Source: an uncultured Acidobacteriota bacterium (GTDB taxonomy: Bacteria > Acidobacteriota > Vicinamibacteria > Vicinamibacterales > UBA2999). Taken from it: 64,000 nt of DNA. Numbering within the stretch: the first letter of the stretch is position 1; the number at the start of each line of letters is the position of its first letter. Shown piece by piece: positions 19,980-30,642 of the stretch. The stretch covers positions 108,488 through 172,487 of the forward strand of contig CAVTIA010000013.1 of NCBI GenBank assembly GCA_963734635.1, read 5' to 3'. Made by a program: the position numbers and the translations under genes. The notes beneath the pieces were generated by a model that was given only the letters and a program-made list of their open reading frames with translations, ran no database searches and had not been told where the DNA came from.

Positions 19980-22092
19980 ATGACGTCTCCCCTGGTTTAC
20001 CGTTTCGCCTCGTTTGTCAGCGTCGCCGTTCTTACGATCTCGGCGTTTGCGACGCCGGCGCAGGCAGAGGTCAAGAAGATCGTTGTAGACAAGAAAGTGT
20101 CGCCGGCCTTCGATGGCAGGGCGTACGGTAGTGTGGGCCAGTACGAAACACTGGCGGGGCGCGCCTTTGGCGAGCTCGATCCGAACGATCTTCACAACCG
20201 GATCATCACGGACATTCAGCTGGCTCCCAGAAACAGCAATGGCAAGGTCGAGTACGTGGCGAGCTTCTTTCTGGTGAAGCCGATCGACATGTCCAAGAGC
20301 AGCCATCTGATGTGGCACGGGGTGCCCAATCGCGGTGGCCGGCTGACGATCGTCGAAGCGGAGCGGCTGCTCGGCGATATCGGTTTGAGCAGCGGATGGC
20401 AGGGCGACAATTCCGGCAACACGGCTCCCGACGACGACAACGATTACGTGACCGTGCCGGTGGCCAGAAATCGTGACGGCTCACCGGTAACAGGACTCGT
20501 CATCGGACGAATCGTGAACGCCAGCGGCGCCGAGTCGAAGCCGATGCTCGTGAACGCCAACCCTGTGCCATACAAGCCGGCGAGCCTCGACACGACGAAG
20601 GCGACGCTGACGACACACGCGGCGGAAACGATCGACGGAAAGATCAGTGGCGAGCGGACGGTTGCGAGCAGCGATTGGGCGTGGGCCAAATGCAGCGCGG
20701 ACAACCCATTTCCAGGCACGCCAGATCCGACACAGATATGTGTGAAAGGCGGCTTCGATCCCAAGCTGCTGTATCAAGTGGTCTTCACGGCGCAGGATCC
20801 GTACGTGCTCGGAATTGGCTTCGCCGCGTTCCGTGATGTGGCGGCCTTCTTCCGTTTTGCCACCCAGGACGCCGAAGGAACGGCCAATCCGGTCGCGAAT
20901 CAGAGTTTCATGGATCATCAGCCGCGGGCAATCGCAATCGGGCAATTTCCTCAGAGCATTCCTGCACCTCGGCTTCAATCAGGACGAGAAAAACCGGAAG
21001 GTGTATGACGGCTCGTGGCCGATCATTGCCGGCCGGCGAGTGTCGCTGAATGCGCGATTTGCGCAACCTGACGGAGCGCTGAAGCTGTACGAGGCTGGCA
21101 GCGAAGGTCCGCAGTGGTGGATCCGATGGCCCGACTCGGTGCGCGGACTGCCGGCGGCGGGCATTCTCGATCGCTGCACGGCGAACAACACGTGCCCGAA
21201 GATCATCGAGCACTTCGGCGCGGCGGAGATGTGGGCACTGACGCTGAGTCCGTCATTTCTCGGAACATCGGCCGATAAAGACATCCCGCTGCCGAGCAAC
21301 GTCCGACGGTATTACATCCCGAGCACGCAGCATGGCGGCGGCATGGGCGGTTTCAACGTCAATCCGCCGATGGCTCCCGGATGCCCGGGTCCGAACTTCG
21401 GCCGCGGCGCGTTCGCGGCGAACCCGGTTCCGCACACCGAGACAGTGAATGCGCTTCGGGTGCATTTCCGAAACTGGGTCATGCACGACACGCCGCCGCC
21501 GCCAAGCAAATATCCGATGCTGGCCGATGGCTACCTCGTCGATCCGACGAAGGAAGCGACTGGATTCCCGACGATTCCGGGCGCCCCTGCGAGTGCGCCG
21601 ACCGGCCTGATCAATCCGATGCTGGACTACGACTGGGGACCGAACTTTAACTACGTGGACGGCTCGGGCGTTCCGTCGAAGATGCCGCCCGCCATCAAGC
21701 GCGCGATCAGGATGAAGGTACCTCGCGTTGACGCTGACGGAAATGAACTGGGTGGCGTGCCAGTGGTTCTGCGTGACGCACCGCTCGGCACCTATCTCGG
21801 GTGGAACGTCGTTGCGGCTGGATTCCACGAGGGGAAGATCTGCAACTATGCCGGCGGCATGATTTCGTTTGCGAAAACGCGGGCGGAGCGGATGGCCAAC
21901 GGCGATTCGCGTTTGTCGCTCGAGGAGCGGTACAAGACGCACGACGGGTACGTAGAAGCGGTGAAGGCCGCGGCTGCGAAAGCCGTTGCCGAAGGCTTCC
22001 TGCTGCAGGCCGACGCCGACAGGCTGGTGGCCGCCGCGGCTGCCAGCAACGTGCTCGCGACGACTCAGACCGCGCAGAATATCAACCCCTGA
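19980..22092 (+). CDS. Secreted alpha/beta-hydrolase domain protein (frameshift near 20905)
   Basis: PNRG, GQSQSGNFLR nucleophile elbow, VPRVDADGNE.GG, RLSLEERY. Confidence 0.82.
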
Positions 22093-22177
22093 TGCACGTC
22101 GGGTCGCCGAGCTACGGAGGCACGGAGGAAACGTCGGCGGCGTGCCTCGCGCTGCTGGCGAAGTCGATATTCTCCAA

Positions 22178-22202
22178 GTAAGGCGGGCCTTTACGGCCCG
22201 CC
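22178..22202 (+). repeat. GTAG-like REP
   Basis: GTAAGGCGGGCCTTTACGGCCCGCC. Confidence 0.75.
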
Positions 22203-22213
22203 TGGAAAATCTT

Positions 22214-23320
22214 ATGAAACGAACAATTGCTACACTCACCGTGCTTGTGTCCATCGCGTCAATCCTCGCCCTGGCACAGGCACGCGATGTCCCCCGGTTC
22301 CGCGTCGATCCGACGTGGCCGAAGATTCCCAACAACTGGCAATTGGGTGAGGTCGCCAGCGTTTCCATCGATGCGCAGGACCACGTCTGGGTCCTGCAGC
22401 GTCCTGGAAGCCTGAACCCCGATGAAAAGGCGAGGGCGGCTCCGCCGGTCCTCGAGTTCGATGCCGCTGGCAACTTCGTGCAGGCATGGGGTGGCGCGGG
22501 TCAGGGCTATGAGTGGCCGGAGACCGAGCATGGCGTCTATGTCGATTCGAAAGGCTTCGTCTGGATTGGCGGCAACGGCGCGAAGGACCATCAGATCCTG
22601 AAGTTCACGAAGACCGGAAAGTTCGTGATGCAGATCGGCCGCGCCGGGCAGAGCAAGGGGAACGCCGACACGCAGAACCTCAACATGCCCGCTGACGCGT
22701 TCATTCACGCCCCCACCAACGAGCTGTTCGTTGCCGACGGGTACGGCAATCGGCGCGTGATCGTGTTCGATGCCGACACCGGGCGGTTCAAGCGCATGTG
22801 GGGTGCGTTCGGCGCGGTGCCGACGGATGACAAACCCAATCCTGCCATTCCCGACGGTCTTCTGAGAGGCGCGTCGCAGTTCGTTCAGCCGGTGCACGCG
22901 GTGCGCGTCTCAAGGGATGGTCTTGTTTATGTCTCGGATCGCGGCGGAAAGCGTGTCCAGGTATTCGGCCTCGACGGCACTTACATGACGCAGGTGTTCA
23001 TCGGCCGTGAGTGCAGGGTGCCGACATGCGGCAACGGGACAACGACGGCGAGCACGGCGTTCTCGGCGGATCCCGAGCAGCGTTACCTGTACGTGGCCAA
23101 CCGGAGTCAGGCGAAGGTGATGGTGTTCGATCGCCGGACGCTGACGCTGCTGGACGAATTCGGCCGGTGGGGGTCGGCCCCCGGAGAGTTCGGCACGCTT
23201 CATCACATGAACGCCGATTCGAAGGGGAATCTCTACGTGACGGAAGTAACGCCGCTTACGCCTGCAAACCGGCGCATTCAGAAGTTCACGTTCCTCGGGG
23301 TCACGAACGCGACGAAGTAA
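22214..23320 (+). CDS. Secreted NHL-repeat, PAL-like six-bladed propeller
   Basis: EHG, ADGYGNRR, VHAV, SDR, LHH. Confidence 0.85.
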   Translation: MKRTIATLTVLVSIASILALAQARDVPRFRVDPTWPKIPNNWQLGEVASVSIDAQDHVWVLQRPGSLNPDEKARAAPPVLEFDAAGNFVQAWGGAGQGYEWPETEHGVYVDSKGFVWIGGNGAKDHQILKFTKTGKFVMQIGRAGQSKGNADTQNLNMPADAFIHAPTNELFVADGYGNRRVIVFDADTGRFKRMWGAFGAVPTDDKPNPAIPDGLLRGASQFVQPVHAVRVSRDGLVYVSDRGGKRVQVFGLDGTYMTQVFIGRECRVPTCGNGTTTASTAFSADPEQRYLYVANRSQAKVMVFDRRTLTLLDEFGRWGSAPGEFGTLHHMNADSKGNLYVTEVTPLTPANRRIQKFTFLGVTNATK

Positions 23321-23351
23321 TGGTTTAGGAACTGCCGTTGTGGAGGTCACC

Positions 23352-24449
23352 ATGAAAGTTCTATTGACGCTGCTGGTCATGCTTGTTGCGACGCCATCGC
23401 TCGCGCAGCAGAGCGTTCCCGAAATTCCGTTCGATTCGGTAGCGGATTTCTTCAAGCTGCCGGCCGGGATGAATTTCGGAGAAGTGTCAGGCGTCGCGGT
23501 GAACTCAAAGGGCCATATCTTCGTCTTCACCCGATCGAACAGCGCAGGCGGGCCCGCCTACGCACCCACGGCGGCCCAGTTGCTCGAGTTCGGTCCCAAA
23601 GGCGAATTCGTTCGCGAGATTGGCCGGGGACTCTACGCGTGGTCGTTCGCGCACACCGTGCGCGTGGACAGGGACGACAACATCTGGGCAATCGACAAGG
23701 GCTCCGACATGGTGGTCCGGTTCAATCCGGCCGGTCAGATCATGATGGTGTTCGGCCGTCGAAAGGAGTCGGCCGACGCCGAAACCGGACCGTGGGAGGA
23801 GGCTGATCCTCCGCTGCCGCACATCGATGGGTTGTTTCGTCAGCCGACCGACGTCGCGTGGGACTCGAACGGCAACATCTATGTGAGCGACGGGTACGTC
23901 AACTCGCGCGTGGCGAAGTACGACCGCAACGGTGACTGGGTGAAGTCGTGGGGCGAACATGGCACGGGTCCCGGCCAGTTCCGCCTTCCGCACGCAATTG
24001 CGGTCGATCGCGACAACAACGTCTACGTCGGGGACCGGAGCAACAGGCGCATCCAGGTCTTCGACACGGAGGGCCGGTTTCTGAGGATGTTCACCATCGA
24101 CGTGCCGCCGGATCCACGGACGCGCGCCGTGAACGGAAACACTCCGACCGGCGAGCGTCTGGCCGCCGTGATCGGGGCGCCGAACTCGATCTGCATCCCG
24201 CCGGGCCAGAGCCAGGTGATGTTCGTCGGTGAATCCACGTACCCGGGACGGATTTTCAAGCTCTCGCTGGACGGCAAGGTCCTTGGCGTCATCGGTCGTT
24301 CGGGCCGGCTGCTCAAACAGTTCTCAGGCGCGCACGGGCTTGCCTGTCCGTCCGAAAACGAGATCTACGTCGCCGAAACGTCCAACTGGAGGGTGCAGAA
24401 ACTGCTCCTCCGCCAACCGGCGGCCGACGCGCGAACGGCGCAGCGGTAG
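23352..24449 (+). CDS. Peptidyl-alpha-hydroxyglycine alpha-amidating lyase-like NHL protein
   Basis: AHT, SDGYVNSR, LPH, GDRSN, AHG. Confidence 0.88.
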   Translation: MKVLLTLLVMLVATPSLAQQSVPEIPFDSVADFFKLPAGMNFGEVSGVAVNSKGHIFVFTRSNSAGGPAYAPTAAQLLEFGPKGEFVREIGRGLYAWSFAHTVRVDRDDNIWAIDKGSDMVVRFNPAGQIMMVFGRRKESADAETGPWEEADPPLPHIDGLFRQPTDVAWDSNGNIYVSDGYVNSRVAKYDRNGDWVKSWGEHGTGPGQFRLPHAIAVDRDNNVYVGDRSNRRIQVFDTEGRFLRMFTIDVPPDPRTRAVNGNTPTGERLAAVIGAPNSICIPPGQSQVMFVGESTYPGRIFKLSLDGKVLGVIGRSGRLLKQFSGAHGLACPSENEIYVAETSNWRVQKLLLRQPAADARTAQR

Positions 24450-24451
24450 AG

Positions 24452-25704
24452 TTGACCGTCTCCGCAGGGCGGCCCTTCACGGGCCGCCTGGCTGATTGGC
24501 TCGCTCTCTCCCGCGATGAGCGCGACCGCGCGGTGCAGTCCTGTCTCGAGCGGATTCGCGCGCTCGATCCCTCGATTCACGCCTGGGTGCAGGTGGCGCC
24601 GCAGGAGCCTGTCGGCGACGGCCCGTTGGCCGGCATCCCGTTTGGCGCGAAGGACATCATCGAGACGCGTGGACTCGTGACCCAATACGGGTCTCCGATA
24701 TATGAAGGGCGAATCGGCGTCAGCGACGCGGCGATCATCGGCGAGCTGCGGACGCGTGGCGCGATTCTCATGGGCAAGACGCACACGACGGCGTTTGCCT
24801 ATCGCACGCCGGCGCCGACGCGAAACCCGCACAACCTGCAGCACACACCTGGCGGCAGCTCGAGCGGATCGGCGGCCGCTGTCGCTGCGGGCATGGTGCC
24901 GATCGCCTTGGGCACTCAGACGCAGGGATCTGTCCTCCGCCCGGCGTCTTTCTGTGGCATCGCGGGATTCAAGCCGACGTACGGACTCGTGTCGATGGAC
25001 GGCGTCCTGCCGTTTGCGACGAGCCTCGACACCCTTGGCTTTTTTACGGCCACCGCCGCCGACATGCTCGCGCTGTGGAACGCCCTGGGCTTTGTGGGGC
25101 GGGTCCCATCGCGCGTTTCTGGCGCCAGCGCGACGGACCCGCCGCCACTTGGCATCCCCGACCCGTTGCCCGACGTCGAGCCTCCCATGGCCACGGCATT
25201 TCAGGACGCCGTGTCCCGTCTGCGCTCGGCGGGTATGACGATTCAACCGGTCGATCTCGGCGATATGCTCGCCAGGCTCAATCAGGCCTCACGCATCGTC
25301 ATGGCGTATGAGGCGGCGCGCTTTCACGAGCAGCGGTACAAGGATACGGATCCAGGCTCGCAGATATGGCGAATCTCGTGCAGGAAGGCCTGCAGGTTGA
25401 GCATGAGCGATACGACGAGGCGCGCGCGTATATCGGTGAGTGTCAGGCTCGCGTCAGCAAGCTCTATGAAGTTACGCCCGTGATGCTCGTGCCGGCGGCA
25501 ACGGGGCCCGCGCCCTTCAGCCTGGCGTCCACTGGCGATCCCCGAATGAATGCGCCGTGGACCGCGCTCGGGACGCCGGCCATGTCGATTCCGATGGCGG
25601 AGTTCAACCATCTGCCACTCGGGCTGCAGCTCACCGCGGATCGCGGCGACGACGCGCGCGTGCTGCACACCGCCGTGCGCGTCGCTTCTGCGCTCGAAGG
25701 ATAG
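24452..25704 (+). CDS. Amidase-signature family protein (frameshift near 25350)
   Basis: GAKDII, TPGGSSSGSAAAVA, GTQTQGSVLRPASFCG. Confidence 0.9.
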
Positions 25705-25721
25705 GACGTACGAGGCTGTCG

Positions 25722-26891
25722 TTAATCGGTTGCCAGCCGCTGTACCGGTTCTATCCGGAGGATCGGCGTCGGCTTGCCGTCGCGATCATCGGTGACGAGG
25801 TAGATGAACCCATCCGGGCCCTGCCGGATATCCCGAATGCGACCCCTCTGCTGCACAAGGGTCTCCTCGCTGATGACGCGCTGCCCGTCGAGCGTGAGAC
25901 GCGACAGTCGCTGGCCGACCATCCCGCCCACGAAGAAATTGCCGCGCCACTGCGGGAAGCGATCGCCGGTGTAGATCATCATGGCCGAGATGCCGATGGA
26001 TGGCACCCACACGCGCACGGGCTGCTCCATTCCCTGCCGGTGCGTGCCGCTGTGGATGGCGAGACCGGTCGTGTAGTTCACGCCGAATCCGATCACCGGC
26101 CATCCGTAGTTCCTGGCAGGCTGAATGAGATTGAGTTCGTCGCCGCCCTGAGGTCCGTGCTCGTTGGCCCACACATCGCCGGTCTCCGGATGAATGGCGA
26201 GTCCCTGGACGTTGCGATGACCATAGCTCCAGATTTCAGGTCGCACCCCTGCACGAGCAACGAACGGGTTGTCCGCAGGCACGCGCCCGTCATCGTGCAG
26301 GCGCACGATCTTTCCATGATGGTTCGACAGGTCCTGTGCCGGGTGCGCCTCGAGGTTCCCTTCCGGCGGAACCTGTCGGTCGCCGAGCGTCAGGAACAGG
26401 TACCCGTTCCTATCGAAGGCGATTTTGCCACTGTAGTGACCGCGGCCCTTGGAGACGGCATCGAAGATCTCCTCGACTTGCGTCAGTCGATCGTTCTCGA
26501 AGCGGCCACGGATGAGAGCAGTCCTCGATTCGTTGTCCGCTGCGCCCGGCTTGGAGTAGCTGAGATACAGCAGCCGGTTGGTCGCGAAGTTCGGATGCGG
26601 CATCACCTCGAGCAGCCCACCCTGCCCCGAGTGAAATACCGCGGGCACACCGTCGACCGGTTGGGGAAGGAGCTTGCCCTGCCGCACGATGCGGAGCCGA
26701 CCGGGCCGCTCCGTGATCAGGGCATCCCCGCCTGGAAGAAACGCAATCGACCAGGGCTGCACCAGGGCGTCGACAACTGTGACGACGCGGTAATCATGAA
26801 AGGCGGACCTTGTGGCTGTCTGGCCGAGCACTCCAGCCGACATCGATGCGGCGAAGGCGAGGACCACAAGGCTGACACGGGTTGCGCGCAT
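25722..26891 (-). CDS. PQQ-dependent aldose sugar dehydrogenase (YliI/sGDH family)
   Basis: GQGGLL, HYSG, YGHRNVQG, NEHGPQGGDELN, NYGWP, GRIRDI. Confidence 0.92.
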   Translation of the reverse strand: MRATRVSLVVLAFAASMSAGVLGQTATRSAFHDYRVVTVVDALVQPWSIAFLPGGDALITERPGRLRIVRQGKLLPQPVDGVPAVFHSGQGGLLEVMPHPNFATNRLLYLSYSKPGAADNESRTALIRGRFENDRLTQVEEIFDAVSKGRGHYSGKIAFDRNGYLFLTLGDRQVPPEGNLEAHPAQDLSNHHGKIVRLHDDGRVPADNPFVARAGVRPEIWSYGHRNVQGLAIHPETGDVWANEHGPQGGDELNLIQPARNYGWPVIGFGVNYTTGLAIHSGTHRQGMEQPVRVWVPSIGISAMMIYTGDRFPQWRGNFFVGGMVGQRLSRLTLDGQRVISEETLVQQRGRIRDIRQGPDGFIYLVTDDRDGKPTPILRIEPVQRLATD

Positions 26892-27014
26892 GATGCTATC
26901 TCCTCAAGGTGAAATCCTATCATCGATGTCGTCGACGGCGGCCGCGATCGAGGTGCCCGACTTGCGTCCTGGACTCGATGCAATCGTGCTCGGCTACACT
27001 CACCTCGAGATTTC

Positions 27015-28526
27015 ATGTTCGAAGCTGCTGAAGTTGGACGAAAGCTGTCGAAGAGCGATTACAAGGCCCAGGTCCCCCGACTGCGATCGGAGCTGCTCGA
27101 TGCGCAGCAGCAGCTCCGCAAGGCGCCGTTCCCCGTGATCGTGCTCTTTGCGGGGGTCGACACGGCCGGCAAAGGCGAGACGGTCAACCTGCTCAATGAG
27201 TGGATGGATCCGCGTTGGATCGTCACACGCGGCTACACGGATCCGTCCGGCGAGGAACGCGAGCGCCCGAGACTGTGGCGCTACTGGCGTGACCTCCCGC
27301 CGCGCGGCCGCCTCGCGCTCTTCCTGAGCGCTTGGTACTCCTCGCCCATCCGCCACCGGGTCGCCAGACGGATCAGCACCGCCGAATTCGACGTGCTCCT
27401 GGATGAGGTGGCTGCCTTCGAGCGCGCTCTTACCGACGATGGCGCCGTGATTGTGAAGTTCTGGATGCATTTGAGCAAGGCTGCACAGAAAAAACGGTTG
27501 GCGTCGTTCGAGAAGGATCCGCTCCAGCGCTGGCGCGTAACCAAAGAGCAATGGAAACACTGGCGCATGTTCGACAGGTTCGTGGCCGCCGCCGACCGTG
27601 CGATTCGACGCACCAGCACCGACCAGGCCCCGTGGCACATCGTGGAGGGCGAGGACGAACACTACCGCTCCATCGTCGTTGGAGTCGAGCTGCGCGACGC
27701 GATTCGCCGTGGTCTCGAGCGTGCGCACGAGGGCCGGACGCGGTCCCGCGCCACGACGAAGACACGCGAGGGCTGGCCGGCGAGAGCTATCGACCGGGTC
27801 GCGCGCCAGTTCAACGTGCTCGACAATCTAGACCTGAGCCGCCGATTGAGTGACGCACGCTTCAAGAGAAGGCTGGCCGAGCAGCAGAGCCGGCTCAATC
27901 TGCTCCAGCGGCGCGCGCGGCAGCGGGGTGTCTCGACGATCGCCGTGTTCGAAGGGTGGGACGCGTCAGGCAAAGGAGGCGCGATCAGACGCGTGACGGG
28001 GGCGCTCGATGCGCGGGACTACGATGTCATCCCAGTCGCCGCGCCCACCGAGGAGGAGCGCGCCCATCACTATTTGTGGCGCTTCTGGCGTCATCTGTCC
28101 CGCGCCGGGCGCTTGACGATCTTCGATCGAAGTTGGTACGGCCGCGTGCTTGTCGAGCGTGTCGAAGGGCTCGCAAACGAAGACGAGTACATGCGCGCCT
28201 ACGGCGAGATCAACCAGTTCGAGGAGCAGCTCGTCGCCCACGGGATCCTCGTCGTGAAATTCTGGCTTCACGTCAGCAAGGAGGAGCAGCTCAGGCGGTT
28301 TCGCGATCGGACTCGAACCAGCTACAAGAAGTGGAAGATCGGCGACGAGGACTGGAGGAACCGTGCGCGGTGGACCGATTACACGATTGCTGTCAACGAC
28401 ATGGTGGCGCGCACCAGCACGCGCATCGCGCCGTGGAAGCTCATCGAGGGGAACGACAAGAACTTTGCCCGGGTGAAGGTGCTTACCACGCTGGCCGACC
28501 GGCTGGAAGATCGGTTGAAGAAGTAG
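27015..28526 (+). CDS. pap: Polyphosphate:AMP phosphotransferase (two-domain PPK2)
   Basis: Two PPK2 domains (GVDTAGKG, GWDASGKGG), FDRSWYGRVLVERVEG. Confidence 0.92.
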   Translation: MFEAAEVGRKLSKSDYKAQVPRLRSELLDAQQQLRKAPFPVIVLFAGVDTAGKGETVNLLNEWMDPRWIVTRGYTDPSGEERERPRLWRYWRDLPPRGRLALFLSAWYSSPIRHRVARRISTAEFDVLLDEVAAFERALTDDGAVIVKFWMHLSKAAQKKRLASFEKDPLQRWRVTKEQWKHWRMFDRFVAAADRAIRRTSTDQAPWHIVEGEDEHYRSIVVGVELRDAIRRGLERAHEGRTRSRATTKTREGWPARAIDRVARQFNVLDNLDLSRRLSDARFKRRLAEQQSRLNLLQRRARQRGVSTIAVFEGWDASGKGGAIRRVTGALDARDYDVIPVAAPTEEERAHHYLWRFWRHLSRAGRLTIFDRSWYGRVLVERVEGLANEDEYMRAYGEINQFEEQLVAHGILVVKFWLHVSKEEQLRRFRDRTRTSYKKWKIGDEDWRNRARWTDYTIAVNDMVARTSTRIAPWKLIEGNDKNFARVKVLTTLADRLEDRLKK

Positions 28527-28548
28527 CGCGCAGGCTTCAGCCTGCGCG
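28523..28548 (+). repeat. GTAG REP overlapping the pap stop codon
   Basis: GTAGCGCGCAGGCTTCAGCCTGCGCG; near-identical at 60204. Confidence 0.85.
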
Positions 28549-28570
28549 CCTGCTGCCGAATTCCTTTGGC

Positions 28571-30485
28571 CTATCTCGTCGACTGAACCGGTCTGGTCGT
28601 CCGAAACGGATATCCCGGTGGTCCGTTCAGGTAATACGCGCCCAGCGTGGTGATCTTGTCCATGTCCGGATACATCACGCTGATCGCCGGCGCGCGTTCG
28701 CTTCCGCGCGGCGAGAACCAGACTGCGCCGTCCCGGGTGACCTGAATCTTCGGCGTATCCGCGTCGAACTGTGGTTTTGGGTAGTAAGTGAACGTGGCAT
28801 CGCGCGGATTGAACCTGCCGATTGCCGCCGCTCGGTCAGGAGCCGGCGAATCGGCAAACCAGATGTAGCCCTCGGCGTCTTCGGCCACGTCGTAAGGCTG
28901 CGAGTTGGGCCACGGTACGGAGTACTCGGTGAACTTGCCGGTAGTCTGATCCAGCTTTGCCAGCTTGCCAGGCCGTTTGCCTGCCGCCCAAATCCCGGCC
29001 CAGATGTTGTTCTTCGAGTCGACGTTCAGCCGCCGGATCTGACTCGGGTACGTGGGCGGGGTGAATTCCGTCCATTGATTGTTGCTCGTATCGAACTTGG
29101 CGATCTTGCCGCCGCTCCACTGGGCCATCCAGATGTTGTCGTTCCGATCGGCAACGATGCCGTATGGAATCGAGTGCGGCGTCGGCACGCGATATACCGT
29201 CACCTTGTTCGTGGCGCGCTCCCACTTGCTCATCGCGCCGCCCATGATCCATCCGACGTAGATGTTGCCCTTGGAGTCCATCGCGAGCGACTGCAGCCAC
29301 TTGATGGAATTGCGGACCGTGTTGTCGGGGTCCATTGGAATCAGACGCTCGAACTGCTCGGTCTTCGGGTTGAACATCAGCAGACGCTTCGCCGTGGACG
29401 TCTGGACGCCGCTGTGCTCGGGAAGCCAGATCATGCCGTCCGGATCCACAAGCACTTCGTGGGTGCCGTTTTTCGGATCCGGCAAGCAGAAAGTCCTTCT
29501 GGACGCCGGTGCGCGGATCCAGCTTTACCAATCGATGGGGATATCCGCGGTCGGCCAGCCAGACATTGCCGTCGGAATCGAAGCGCACGTCCTGTCCGAC
29601 CCGCCGGCCCCGATAGCCGATGTTGATGTATTCCGGCGCCTTGCTCCCCTGGCCCGGGGGATCGGGCGGCAGGTAGTACTCGATATACATCGCCTTGCCG
29701 AGCATGGCCTCATCGACCGGAGCGTCGCGGTCCGAGCGAACGCCGCGCGGCTTGGCGTCCGGCCCGAAATTCTTCGTCATGTAGGCCAGCAGCTCGGCTC
29801 GATCCTGCCGCGAGAATGGAAGCACCGAGTTGCGAGCTGACAGCAGGCCTTCGGCATACGTCGCGCCGTCGCGGTCTCTCAGCAGCCCGCCGGCCATGTG
29901 CTCGATGCGCGAATTCCAGACCGCCTCGGTCGCAGGACGCGAGGGCAGGAAGTTCTCACCGTGACAGATGATGCAGACCTGCTCGGCGACGGCTTTTCCC
30001 GGCCCGGCCGGGTAGATCTCGTCGTAGCTCGCAAGCGTCAGAGTCGTTGAGGGACCGGTAATTTCCCGTTCGAGCGACGTGTCTGCTCCGGCGCTGGTGC
30101 CGCCGCTGCTGTTCGAGCTCTGCAGCGCGACGCTCACTCGCGGATTGTCGCCCGCTTTCAGCGCAACTTTCTGCACGTCTGATTGGAATCCCTTGGCGGT
30201 GACGCGTATCTCATAGTTGCCGGGGAACAACGACACTGCCCGAAACTGTCCGGCACTCGTGAACACCATGTACATGATGTTCTTGTCCACGTTCCGGATG
30301 TAGACCTGTGCGGCCTTGAAGGTGTCGGTGCGCTGACCGAACCTGCCAGGCGCGCCATGCTCGCTGACGTGGCGGCTCTTGCCGGCCGTCGCCTGCGGGG
30401 CGGCAGCCTCGCCGCTCGCACTGAAGGCGGCGTACCCGATGGCAAGTCCCGCGGTGAGGGCAACCACTATCTTCCAGGTGCTCAT
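28571..30485 (-). CDS. Secreted protein: carboxypeptidase-regulatory-like domain, c-type heme, Vgb-like propeller (frameshifts)
   Basis: LFPGNYEI, CIICH, Vgb blades (PYGIVAD.NDNIW); indel near 29490 and a probable compensating pair near 30320-30380. Confidence 0.82.
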
Positions 30486-30642
30486 CTCGTCCTCCTCCAG
30501 GCAGAGAGGCTGCCACGCCTTGTTGCCGTTGCCCGATTTGAGGGGAAATTATAGCTCCCATGTCGGACACGAGCCGGAGCCCCGTCGCGTGCTGCGCTGA
30601 CGTCGCGGGTGGATTCAGAGGTCAATGTATAGTGAACGAACC

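Noticed and set aside
25557..29626. Long alternate ORFs 25557-26912 (+) and 27956-29626 (+)
   Set aside because: Shadow frames of well-supported genes, common in high-GC DNA
30560..30631. 23-aa ORF MSDTSRSPSRAALTSRVDSEVNV as a RiPP precursor for the radical SAM
   Set aside because: No RBS, overlaps the probable -10 box, no RRE, protease or transporter nearby
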